This document shows, piece by piece, positions 9,985 to 19,029 of a DNA stretch of 64,000 nucleotides. Below the pieces are notes generated by a model that ran no database searches, was not told where the DNA came from, and saw only the letters and a program-made list of their open reading frames with translations. Numbering within the stretch: the stretch's first letter is position 1; every line of letters begins with the position of its first letter. The position numbers and the translations under genes were made by a program. This DNA is from an uncultured Gammaproteobacteria bacterium (GTDB lineage Bacteria; Patescibacteriota; Microgenomatia; Levybacterales; UBA12049): the NCBI GenBank assembly GCA_964490105.1, contig CAZAZU010000001.1:646245-710244 (forward strand), given 5' to 3'.

Positions 9985-10032
9985 GATCGTGAATTATACA
10001 CTTGAAGAATTAATAAAACAATCTAGTTCAAT

Positions 10033-10938
10033 TTAACTTATTAGGTCGACAAATTTTACTGATTTATTTTCAACCCAGTCCATGATCTTGACATACTTAC
10101 CATTATGCTTAGTAGGAAGATTATACTTACACCCTTCACATTTGAATTTCCCTTCTGCGTCTTTAAGCGCTAACTGACCGGTCTTGGCATTGGCTTCGTG
10201 AAGACAGCTCATGGGCGTTACATACTTTAAACCGTCCATTTGAAAAACATTCCAGCTAATAATTTCTGCAAATTCTTTCTGTATAGATAGATCTGGACTA
10301 TTATCATATTTTTCCTTGTAATAATCAATTAATGTGTAAAGTAAATTTTCGCGGGCTATAAGAATATTATCCCCTTGCCACTCAAATCCATAAGAGCTTT
10401 GGAATGCAATTCGCGCCCACTTTAACCATTCTTTTTTATTAGAACCGTATTTGGATACAATCTGTAGCTTATGATCTAAAAACCCTACTCGATCCTTAGT
10501 TTTAATGATTTCACCACGCACTACTGGGTCATACCGACTAACGATAAATGGCGCTTCACCACAAGTAATTTCTAATTTTAATTCAGCAACATAAGTCTTC
10601 CAATTCGATCTGTTTATTCGAGACCTATTGGTAATTTTGTTCATTTCACTCACTATGTTAAGAGGGGTAAATACTTCGCCTTTATTTCTAGCTCGATTAC
10701 GTTGCTCTTGTAGGCTTCTTATTATACGGGGTTGAATTAGCTCGCCATGCTTTCCTGTAATAAGCTGGGGTTTAATTTGTTTTTCAGAAGCAAATTCTAC
10801 GCCGTATTGCTCAAAATAAGAATCAGTTGCCCATATAATGTATTTGCTAGTCGTATGATCTCTTAGAAGAATATCAAGTAAATCATTATCAAGTAGAAGA
10901 GTGTTCTCTAGAATATCAGCTTTATCTAAATAAGCCAT
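10033..10938 (-). CDS. Methyltransferase-fold partner of the R-M fusion
   Basis: GEVFTP, LEITCGEAPF, YGFEWQGDN, QMDGL motifs; no NPPY; start moved to ATG 10938 just after upstream stop. Confidence 0.7.
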   Translation of the reverse strand: MAYLDKADILENTLLLDNDLLDILLRDHTTSKYIIWATDSYFEQYGVEFASEKQIKPQLITGKHGELIQPRIIRSLQEQRNRARNKGEVFTPLNIVSEMNKITNRSRINRSNWKTYVAELKLEITCGEAPFIVSRYDPVVRGEIIKTKDRVGFLDHKLQIVSKYGSNKKEWLKWARIAFQSSYGFEWQGDNILIARENLLYTLIDYYKEKYDNSPDLSIQKEFAEIISWNVFQMDGLKYVTPMSCLHEANAKTGQLALKDAEGKFKCEGCKYNLPTKHNGKYVKIMDWVENKSVKFVDLIS

Positions 10939-10939
10939 A

Positions 10940-13900
10940 TTATTCCATGGCTTTGACATGTGTTTCGATAAAATTTTTTTCTTTGTCATCAAGTCCATAT
11001 TTTTTATAAAGCTGCTTATCTATTTCAGAAACAGATTTTGTCCATTGTATATCTGATTTATCAGTAAAATCTTGAAGGGGGATGAATTTATACGTCTTTG
11101 AAGTAGCGTCTTGACTTGCTTTATTAAGGCTATGCAGAAATCTAGCAAATTTGGACTGTAAATATCTAGAAAGGTTATATGAAGAAAGTTTGTCTAATTT
11201 CAATTTTGCACCAATTACAACATAAGATTCCGTACAAATGGTATTTGGGTAACCAATAAATGTGTTTAAATTATCGTCATTTAACTCAGTCCCGATATTG
11301 TTTGCTCTTGGGGTGAATACTTTGTAATTATTAATCCAGTCTGTATTCCTTGTGATTTCACTCCTTTCTAAATAACCTATTTTTTTACCTTTTCCGTAGC
11401 AAGTAACAGGATGCCTCAAATTCTCTTTAGAAGACCTAAAAATCTTTGAATTCTTAATTATGTCACCATCTAAATTGAAAGGCCGTCGTGATGAAACATG
11501 AACTTCAAGAGATTTAAACTCGGAATAAGATTTAATTTTTTTAAGTATAGTTATCGCCTGAAAGTGTCGGATAAAAATATCAAAGCCTTCTGTGCTCAAG
11601 CTACGTGTACTAATTTTTGGCGATAAGTTATTCTCATATGTAAATATTTTGGTTAGATTCTTTGTATTATTGTAATTCCTATCCCATAATAGGTAACAAA
11701 TTCCTCCTCTTAAATTTATTTGTGGAAAAATTAATTCCGGATTAAGAAAATCATGTAGTTCAGTTATATGAATATCATTTAACATTCGAGCCCTAAAATC
11801 ATCCAAACCTTTACCACCCGCATACCAACGCGTTGGCATAATCATAGATATGTAGTGAGGTTTAAGGTTTTTAGCCATTTCAAAGAAAAGATTATAGACA
11901 GGCTTAGCGCTAGCCTGAGCTCCTCCATCCTTTTGCTGATAAGGGGGGTTTCCTACAATTGCTGTAAATTTCATATTATTCTTTTCTGACATAGTACCAT
12001 AAGTCTTCAAATCATCTATTGATATCTCACAGAACTTTTTATCTTGGAACAATAAATACTCAATTTCTTCATCTTTCAACTTGATAAGATCAAATGAATA
12101 GAAAAGCCTGGCAATATTATCTACATTTAAACCCAACGCTTCATACATTTTTCGAGTAAATTCATATGCAACTGGTGAGGTAGGAATTGAATAAAAATTA
12201 TTTCGTACTTCTTCTAAATTTATGCCAATATTAGTGACCTTTTCCACAAAACCCTTCGCAAAACTTCCTGATTTACTAGCTAAATCCAAAATTTTTGTAT
12301 GCTTAATATTGTCCCAAAACTTTTCATCAAAAGCGCGGTACATTTCGTTAACGATATGTGAGGGAGTAAAAACTTCTGCTTCAGACAGTCGTCCAAATTT
12401 ATTTATGGCAATTTCGATATGCTCAACCGGTGAAATACTCCCATCGTATGAACGAAAATCCGAATTTTGAATTTTATAATCAAGAGCACTCAGTACAAAT
12501 GGATTGATATTTTTGCGAATGAGCATTAGATCCTCTTTATTAATGCCAAGATTTTGGGCAATGCGACGATTATCATCATTTACATCAATATTAGATATAA
12601 CATCGGTTAAGGATTTTTCTTCAGTAGAAGATAGAAATGCAAATAGAAGAATCATCACATAATATGTGCGGAAACGCTTTTCAAATGATGAGATTTCTTC
12701 ACTATCTCCTTCTTTCTCTATAGATGATGTTGCCTTACTGCCTGCTCCTTCAATTCCATTTTCCACACCTTCTCCTTCTAAATCTATTCCGTCTTCTTCA
12801 TTTGGCTTAATATTAATCCCATTCTTCCCACCAAGCTCTGGCAATTCACTAATAACCTCATAAATCGCTTGGTTGTCTTTTAACGAAGCATCAATACCAA
12901 TTTCTTTTACATCTTCAATTATCGTTCTGTCGTTTACATATTTACGGACTTCATCGATAATTCTTGTAGCTGTTACTTCAACAAGTTTATTTCTCTCGGC
13001 ATTAAGCGTTATGATAGGCGAAATTTTAAGTTCTCGTTGAATGAACTCTTCGATATTTTCATTTCCTATTTTCTGTGTATTTGCGCCATAAGTAAATGCT
13101 TTCATTTCTTGAAGGTAAAAAAGCCTTGTTGGATCGAGGTCTACCAAAAGTGTTTGTGGTTTCATGTCATATTTAATAAAATCGCCATTTTTATCTTGAT
13201 ATTTCTCAACCCAAGGTGACTGTAAACGAAATATCGCCTGATCATATTCTTGTGGACTTGTCGTAGATTTAAGATAGATCATAGTATCCCATTGTGGTAC
13301 GGTAGAGCCAGTAAGCATTTTATTAACTGTTAAGGTAATTGTCTTTTTACCTTTTGATTCAGCGTATGATATCGCTGACTTAATTTCCTCTGGTGTTATG
13401 AGTTTTTTATTATATCCACTAATATTAAAGATTTCATATTCAGAAATATTCTTAAATAATGATAAATTAGTTAAAATAAGTTTTTCGAAAGCATCACATG
13501 ATGCGCAGTACGGCAACACAACAACTATGTGTTGCGCGAGCTTGCCTGCTTTAATAGTCTCGTTGTCGAGCAAACCAAGCATGTTGGCATCTTTTTTAGA
13601 ACCATCAAGTACTTGAAGCAATTCAATAATTTCTTGTTCATAAACAAAAGATTCATAGTCGCCATTCCTACTGATACTTACAGGGGTGAATAATTCGGCT
13701 GGTTTGCTACCCGGAATATTAGCAAGCTTTTTGCGTGAACTTTCATTGGGATTAAACGCAAAACGAATCATCTGCGGAAATCCATAATATGGATTGTCCC
13801 ATTCGTTTTCATCCAAATGATCCTCGTTCCAGTTTAATTTTGCTTCGTAAATATCGCCAAATTGTACAAAAGCAATAATATCCTCTTTATTAAACTCACT

Positions 13901-14971
13901 TCCCATCAAGATGCGATATGGAGTCCCGGAAAGGTGAAGTTTAATTTTAGCCTTTATTGATACGAGCTTAGTAAGAGAACCAAAATCAACCGGGTCTTCT
14001 TTGTCATTCTTTAGTAATTCTTTATCTTCATCATCAATTTCCAGTCCTGCAAGAATCTTACCCAGTACTTTTGCTCGAGCTCCAAAGTGTGTCTCATCGA
14101 TAATCAACAGATCTACACTAACTGTTTTTAAAATTTCATGGTGTTTTTTTATATTTTCTGAAGAACCTGCAAGGTCTTGTAATGTGAGAAATAAAACAAC
14201 ATTTGTACAATTCTCCTCTCCAATACCCGTCTTAAATTTTTGGTCATAAAAATCTGACAATCTCAATCCTCTTTTGAGATCGTCTTTATCAATAAAACGG
14301 TAACCTGCAAAATCCTTGTGACTTTCTACAGTTTGCTTCCATTCCGACCGCACATCTGCTTTTGCAGAGACTATAACCGTAAACTTAGAGTCAATACTTT
14401 TAGCGCTCCACATCGAAGTAATTGACTTTCCAAAACGCATAACAGCATACATGAGAAGATTAGTACGACCATTTTTTACAGCTGAATTGAATGCATTTAT
14501 GACATTTTGTTGGTTTTCGCGTGGGAGATAATCCTGTGTTCGACTGTAATGATATTCTATAATCTCCCTTGAGTTATTGTAATATTCATATTTATCTGTC
14601 TTTTGATAATTATTTACAATATCATTCACGGCATTAGTTATCTCAATCTCGCCAATTCCTTCAAAAAACTCCGTAGAATAAATATTTTTCAAAATATTCA
14701 AAGGGATTTGAGTAAAACCATTTTGCTGCAGATATTTATGTACAGAATAATCACGGAAAAATACTTTGCCATCAATTGATGCTTTATGACGAGAGATCTC
14801 TTTTAAGTCTTTATAGTATCGCCTCCATTCATTCAGTCGCTCCTCAACTGGGCGATAGGTATCTCCCACTTTCAGATAGTTCGGGAGGGTATTTGTTGCA
14901 AAAGAATAGATATAGGGAGACACCCGACCGATAATTATTTTTTGTAATTCTGAAGTATTTATCCTAGACAT
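10940..14971 (-). CDS. Restriction-modification fusion: GIY-YIG-like nuclease + SF2 helicase + N6-adenine MTase (Eco57I-like) + TRD
   Basis: IYSF...YLKVGDT.RPVEERL; Walker A variant AVMRFGKS; DETH; QAIFRLQSP; EVFTP, ILDLASKSGSF, GNPPY. Confidence 0.85.
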   Translation of the reverse strand: MSRINTSELQKIIIGRVSPYIYSFATNTLPNYLKVGDTYRPVEERLNEWRRYYKDLKEISRHKASIDGKVFFRDYSVHKYLQQNGFTQIPLNILKNIYSTEFFEGIGEIEITNAVNDIVNNYQKTDKYEYYNNSREIIEYHYSRTQDYLPRENQQNVINAFNSAVKNGRTNLLMYAVMRFGKSITSMWSAKSIDSKFTVIVSAKADVRSEWKQTVESHKDFAGYRFIDKDDLKRGLRLSDFYDQKFKTGIGEENCTNVVLFLTLQDLAGSSENIKKHHEILKTVSVDLLIIDETHFGARAKVLGKILAGLEIDDEDKELLKNDKEDPVDFGSLTKLVSIKAKIKLHLSGTPYRILMGSEFNKEDIIAFVQFGDIYEAKLNWNEDHLDENEWDNPYYGFPQMIRFAFNPNESSRKKLANIPGSKPAELFTPVSISRNGDYESFVYEQEIIELLQVLDGSKKDANMLGLLDNETIKAGKLAQHIVVVLPYCASCDAFEKLILTNLSLFKNISEYEIFNISGYNKKLITPEEIKSAISYAESKGKKTITLTVNKMLTGSTVPQWDTMIYLKSTTSPQEYDQAIFRLQSPWVEKYQDKNGDFIKYDMKPQTLLVDLDPTRLFYLQEMKAFTYGANTQKIGNENIEEFIQRELKISPIITLNAERNKLVEVTATRIIDEVRKYVNDRTIIEDVKEIGIDASLKDNQAIYEVISELPELGGKNGINIKPNEEDGIDLEGEGVENGIEGAGSKATSSIEKEGDSEEISSFEKRFRTYYVMILLFAFLSSTEEKSLTDVISNIDVNDDNRRIAQNLGINKEDLMLIRKNINPFVLSALDYKIQNSDFRSYDGSISPVEHIEIAINKFGRLSEAEVFTPSHIVNEMYRAFDEKFWDNIKHTKILDLASKSGSFAKGFVEKVTNIGINLEEVRNNFYSIPTSPVAYEFTRKMYEALGLNVDNIARLFYSFDLIKLKDEEIEYLLFQDKKFCEISIDDLKTYGTMSEKNNMKFTAIVGNPPYQQKDGGAQASAKPVYNLFFEMAKNLKPHYISMIMPTRWYAGGKGLDDFRARMLNDIHITELHDFLNPELIFPQINLRGGICYLLWDRNYNNTKNLTKIFTYENNLSPKISTRSLSTEGFDIFIRHFQAITILKKIKSYSEFKSLEVHVSSRRPFNLDGDIIKNSKIFRSSKENLRHPVTCYGKGKKIGYLERSEITRNTDWINNYKVFTPRANNIGTELNDDNLNTFIGYPNTICTESYVVIGAKLKLDKLSSYNLSRYLQSKFARFLHSLNKASQDATSKTYKFIPLQDFTDKSDIQWTKSVSEIDKQLYKKYGLDDKEKNFIETHVKAME

Positions 14972-15053
14972 TGTTTTTTAGTATTTTCCTTTGGATTCAT
15001 TTATATATAATGAACACAGAAGAATTATACTGCTTTTGAGGCTGGATTAAAAG

Positions 15054-15503
15054 CTAATTACTTTCCTCTATTAATAATCCTGCGTTTTTACGCTGCTCCA
15101 TAATCCGCCCCTGCTGAATTAAAATTCTATCTTTATATTCTTTAGCGCTGGTAAATGCGTTTGCGACCTCAGCGGGATTTGTTTCGTAAAGATTCATATC
15201 AGTAATTTTAGAAAAATTTGATCCTTGAACATAATAAAGTCTTGATAATTCTTCATAACCTGAAATGAGATTCAGATATTTTTCGTTTTTATCTTCCAGA
15301 TCTCCATAAGGAACTTTTTGAATATTTCCCTCAATAATTAATGTAAATAAAATTCCCAGAACAAAAAAACCAAGAGCAGAAGACGCTCCTAATATAAGTT
15401 TTGGGATTTTTTTATAAAACCGCGGAAGTATCTCAAAAGCCAGTTTTTTATATGTTTTTATTAAAAATTTAAAAGGAGATAATAATTTAGATAGGCCTGC
15501 CAT
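15054..15503 (-). CDS. Membrane-anchored hypothetical protein
   Basis: Single TM then helical domain; TATAAT 8 nt upstream. Confidence 0.65.
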   Translation of the reverse strand: MAGLSKLLSPFKFLIKTYKKLAFEILPRFYKKIPKLILGASSALGFFVLGILFTLIIEGNIQKVPYGDLEDKNEKYLNLISGYEELSRLYYVQGSNFSKITDMNLYETNPAEVANAFTSAKEYKDRILIQQGRIMEQRKNAGLLIEESN

Positions 15504-15553
15504 TTCAGGCGATTATAGTACTTAAGAAATAAAAAAGATACACTTTGACCTAA

Positions 15554-15582
15554 TTGACTTTTTTATCCTCAAGTTTTAAAGT
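15554..15582 (+). promoter_or_regulatory. Sigma70-like promoter for putative ncRNA
   Basis: TTGACT (15554-59), 17 nt, TAAAGT (15577-82). Confidence 0.55.
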
Positions 15583-15587
15583 TTATA

Positions 15588-15884
15588 AACTCCGAATAGA
15601 TAGGAGAAAGGCTCAGTTGACGACCTGTTCGCAGGTCGGATGCTGAAACGATTGACCATCTTAAGCGCATTCAATAAATTTTCATTTGGAGAAACCCTAT
15701 GGCAGGACAAATGAAAGATGGCACCGCTAAGGAGTCCCTCTTCTGGGGGCAAGTGCCGTCTGCTATGACAAAAGAATGAGATGATTCTTCAAAATTCCGA
15801 AGAATTCTAGGGATTTTGATGGTGGCAGGAATGCAATCAGGGAAAGAGAGTGAATGGGCATCTACCCAGGATCTCTCTTTTTTT
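15588..15884 (+). ncRNA. Putative structured ncRNA of unrecognised family (~295 nt)
   Basis: GC-enriched intergenic tract with at least 6 helices with G-U pairs favouring + strand, a UUCG loop, candidate pseudoknots, own promoter and terminator. Confidence 0.6.
15843..15884 (+). terminator. Intrinsic terminator
   Basis: AAAGAGAG..TGGG-CATCTA-CCCA..CTCTCTTT followed by T run. Confidence 0.7.
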
Positions 15885-16116
15885 ATTCTCCAAAAGACAC
15901 TTCAGGCTGCATACCAGGCTTCGGAGTAAGTCTTCTTATATGAAAGTCTTGAAGCAATATAATTTGCCTAAAATTAATACATGGATGACAAGAAGTGGGA
16001 GGAAGGCTCTTGTAATGTGCATTTCTTACATGATCAGCAAATTGTCGCACGGTAGCACTTCGCTCCTCTCTTAAAACTTCCAGCTCAATGCCATTTGGAT
16101 TTACTCCGTTTTCCAT
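15883..16116 (-). CDS. Small hypothetical protein (orphan)
   Basis: 77 aa; TGGTAAAAT 6 nt before ATG; converges on the terminator. Confidence 0.55.
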   Translation of the reverse strand: MENGVNPNGIELEVLREERSATVRQFADHVRNAHYKSLPPTSCHPCINFRQIILLQDFHIRRLTPKPGMQPEVSFGE

Positions 16117-16160
16117 CTGCGGATTTTACCATATTTTCTTACAAATGACTATAGGATATA

Positions 16161-16727
16161 TTAAGGAGCTGGAGTAGGACTTTCTGCAGGGCTAATAGTT
16201 GGATCCACTGAGACTTGGGGATTAGGACTTGGGGCTGCAGTTTGGGATTTAAAATCCAATAATTCTATTTCAAAAATTAGAGGGGTATTTGGCGGAATTG
16301 GCCCAGAGCCAGCTGCTCCATACGCTAAATCTGAAGGAATTCCTATTTGCCTCTTCCCTCCAATTTTCATACCTACCACTCCTAGCTCGACACCTTTTAT
16401 AACCTGCCCTGCACCTACCTGAAAGGTTAATGGAGAGTTTTTTTGATATGAATCATCAAATATCTTTCCATCCATAAACGCTCCCTTATAATGAATCGTA
16501 ACGATGTCACCAGCTACAACTGCAGCAGAAGAAGTTCCTACATTTAAATCTCTTCCAGTTAATTCAGTTAGGGGTACCGGAGTAGGCGTTACCCCTTTTG
16601 CACCTAAGTTTAGAACCGTAAGGTCTTCGCCCATTTTAGGTAATTTATTAGATTGAAAAACGAGAAGAACCATGAGAAGTATTAGAAGTCCAAATGCGCC
16701 AATTGCAATTAAGTGTTTGTTTTCCAC
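16161..16727 (-). CDS. FKBP-type peptidyl-prolyl isomerase, membrane anchored
   Basis: HYKG...FDDS, VIKG, GMKIGGKR, LAYG, IPPNTPLIFEIELL. Confidence 0.92.
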   Translation of the reverse strand: MENKHLIAIGAFGLLILLMVLLVFQSNKLPKMGEDLTVLNLGAKGVTPTPVPLTELTGRDLNVGTSSAAVVAGDIVTIHYKGAFMDGKIFDDSYQKNSPLTFQVGAGQVIKGVELGVVGMKIGGKRQIGIPSDLAYGAAGSGPIPPNTPLIFEIELLDFKSQTAAPSPNPQVSVDPTISPAESPTPAP

Positions 16728-16752
16728 GTGGGCTATTATAGCAAATGGAGAT

Positions 16753-16992
16753 TTATGCGTTTTTGGCTTTAGCGAGTTTTAATTTTTCTCTTTTCTGCGC
16801 ATCATCCGCAATGACTTTATCAAATGCTGCCTGACATTCTTTATTTGTACAAATTAGTTGAGTGTGTTGAAGAGTCATGAATCCACCTGTGTTTTTAATT
16901 TTTTCAGTCCAGGTTTTAGCTACTTTTCTTTTAGATCCGCATCTATCGCAGGGCATTTCACTTCTTGGAATTGAATTTCCGATTTTTGGCAT
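16753..16992 (-). CDS. Small zinc-ribbon protein
   Basis: CDRC and CTNKEC motifs. Confidence 0.7.
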   Translation of the reverse strand: MPKIGNSIPRSEMPCDRCGSKRKVAKTWTEKIKNTGGFMTLQHTQLICTNKECQAAFDKVIADDAQKREKLKLAKAKNA

Positions 16993-17116
16993 ATTTATTC
17001 AGGCAAGTGAGTTAAAAATCGAGGAAAAATTTAAATTTAATCAGGAATTAACTCTAAAGCTATTATAGCAGATTCCGACCTATAAACCTAATGACTGATT
17101 CTGATATAATCTAGCC

Positions 17117-19024
17117 ATGACAGCGAAGCAAATCATAGATATTTATATAAGTTTTTTTGAAAAACGCGGACATAAAAGAATCCCCAATTCTCCACTCGTT
17201 CCTGAAAATGACCCCACTACTCTTTTTACTTCTTCCGGAATGCAGCCTTTAGTTCCATATTTATTAGGACAAGAACATCCCCAAGGAAACAGATTAGTAG
17301 ATGTACAGAATTGTTTTAGAGCAGTAGATATCGATGAAGTTGGAGATAACAGGCACACCACTTTTTTCCGAATGCTCGGCAACTGGAGCCTAGGAGATTA
17401 TTTTAAAAAAGAGGAAATTCCATGGCTTTGGGAACTACTCACAAAAGAGCTAAGACTTCCAAAAGAAAAACTATATATAACAATCTTTGGAGGAGATGAA
17501 AATTTCAAAGTTTTAAAAAATGACAAATATCAACCGCTAACTCCGGACGCAGAATCATATTCCATATGGGCCAAAACATTAGATATTGAAAATGATGCAG
17601 ATGAAAAGAAGAAGAGAATCACCTATTGCGGTGCTGATAAAAATTGGTGGTCTAGGTCTGGAGTACCAGAAAAAATGCCAATCGGTGAACCGGGAGGACC
17701 TGACACGGAAGTTTATTATAAATTTGAAAATATTGAGCACGAAAAAAATTGCCTAGGTGACAGCCCAGCGTTATGTGAATGCGGAGTTTACTTAGAAATC
17801 GCGAATGCAGTCTTCATGCAATATAAAAAAATCGACGAAATAACTTTTGAAGAATTACCAAATAAAAATGTGGATTTTGGTGGCGGACTTGAGAGACTTA
17901 TCGCAGCTACAGAAAACAAGAGTGATATATTTCAGACTTCTCTTTTCGCACCTGTCATAAAATCTCTTGAAGACAATATATTAACAAAGTTTAAATATGA
18001 TAACGAAATAAGAGTTGATAAATCATTTAGGATAATCGCAAATCATCTTGTATCCGCTGTTTTTCTCATAAACTCAGGCATCTTGCCTGGAAATAAAGAA
18101 AGAGAGTCCGTCACTAGAAGATTAATTCGCAAAGCTGTTGCCCAAAAGTTTCTATGGGGAGATCGAGAAAAAAGTTTTTCTCCAGTAATAGAGATAATTC
18201 TTGAAACCTATAGAGAGACTGATCCTGAATTAAAAGATTTAGTAAAGAAAGTTATTGAGGAAGAAGAAATAAAAGCGAATAGAGCAACTAATGAAGGATT
18301 TAAGGCATGGAGCAAGTGGGTTGAAGCAGAATATATTTCTAATCCACAAATACCTGGAGATTTTATGCCTGGAGAAGGAGGTAAACTTCCACCACTTTCT
18401 GCTGAGAAAATGTTCGATCTTTATCAGTCCTATGGCTTATCACTTGATGTTATGGAAGATGTAACCCAAGGAAATATAGACAAGGAAGGTTTTAATAAAC
18501 TACTTGAAAAACATCATGATATTTCTCGAGCTGGTGCTACTAAAAAATTCGCGGGAGGGCTTGCGGATCATTCTGAACAAACAGTGAGAGGACACACTGC
18601 GACCCACCTTATGCACCAAGCCATAAGAGATATGCTGGGAACATCAGTTCACCAGTCAGGGTCAAACATTACAGCTGAAAGAGTGAGGTTTGATTTTAAT
18701 TTTGATAGAAATTTAACAGATGAGGAAATAACCAAACTTGAACAGACTGTAAACGAAAAAATAAAAGAAAAAATGCCTGTTTATTTTGAATTTATGCCGC
18801 TCGTTAAAGCTAAGGAAATAGGTGCAATCGGACTTTTTGATGAAAAATATTCTGACAAAGTAAAAATATATTTAATTGGTGACAAAAATCCAGAAAAAGC
18901 GTACTCAAAAGAGTTCTGCGGGGGCCCCCATGTCAACTTTACTGATGAGGTAAAATCGTTTAAGATAATAAAGCAGGAGAATATCGGAAACGGCCTGCGT
19001 CGGCTTTATGCAAAAGTCGGTTGA
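17117..19024 (+). CDS. alaS: Alanine--tRNA ligase lacking C-Ala domain
   Basis: DPTTLFTSSGMQPL, HTTFFRMLGNWS, HTATH, EFCGGPHV. Confidence 0.95.
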   Translation: MTAKQIIDIYISFFEKRGHKRIPNSPLVPENDPTTLFTSSGMQPLVPYLLGQEHPQGNRLVDVQNCFRAVDIDEVGDNRHTTFFRMLGNWSLGDYFKKEEIPWLWELLTKELRLPKEKLYITIFGGDENFKVLKNDKYQPLTPDAESYSIWAKTLDIENDADEKKKRITYCGADKNWWSRSGVPEKMPIGEPGGPDTEVYYKFENIEHEKNCLGDSPALCECGVYLEIANAVFMQYKKIDEITFEELPNKNVDFGGGLERLIAATENKSDIFQTSLFAPVIKSLEDNILTKFKYDNEIRVDKSFRIIANHLVSAVFLINSGILPGNKERESVTRRLIRKAVAQKFLWGDREKSFSPVIEIILETYRETDPELKDLVKKVIEEEEIKANRATNEGFKAWSKWVEAEYISNPQIPGDFMPGEGGKLPPLSAEKMFDLYQSYGLSLDVMEDVTQGNIDKEGFNKLLEKHHDISRAGATKKFAGGLADHSEQTVRGHTATHLMHQAIRDMLGTSVHQSGSNITAERVRFDFNFDRNLTDEEITKLEQTVNEKIKEKMPVYFEFMPLVKAKEIGAIGLFDEKYSDKVKIYLIGDKNPEKAYSKEFCGGPHVNFTDEVKSFKIIKQENIGNGLRRLYAKVG

Positions 19025-19029
19025 TCTCT

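Noticed and set aside
15589-15735. HDV-like ribozyme idea (GCTAAGGAGT resembles J4/2-P2 and can pair with ACTCC at 15589)
   Set aside because: No P3/L3 or P1.1 elements in the required order
15588-15884. Riboswitch, RNase P, tmRNA, SRP or 6S assignment for the structured tract
   Set aside because: No downstream same-strand gene; no GAGGAAAGUCC, tRNA-like ends, SRP loop or single long hairpin
15850-16074. 74-aa + strand ORF after the structured tract
   Set aside because: Begins inside the terminator hairpin and is antisense to the better-supported 15883-16116 gene
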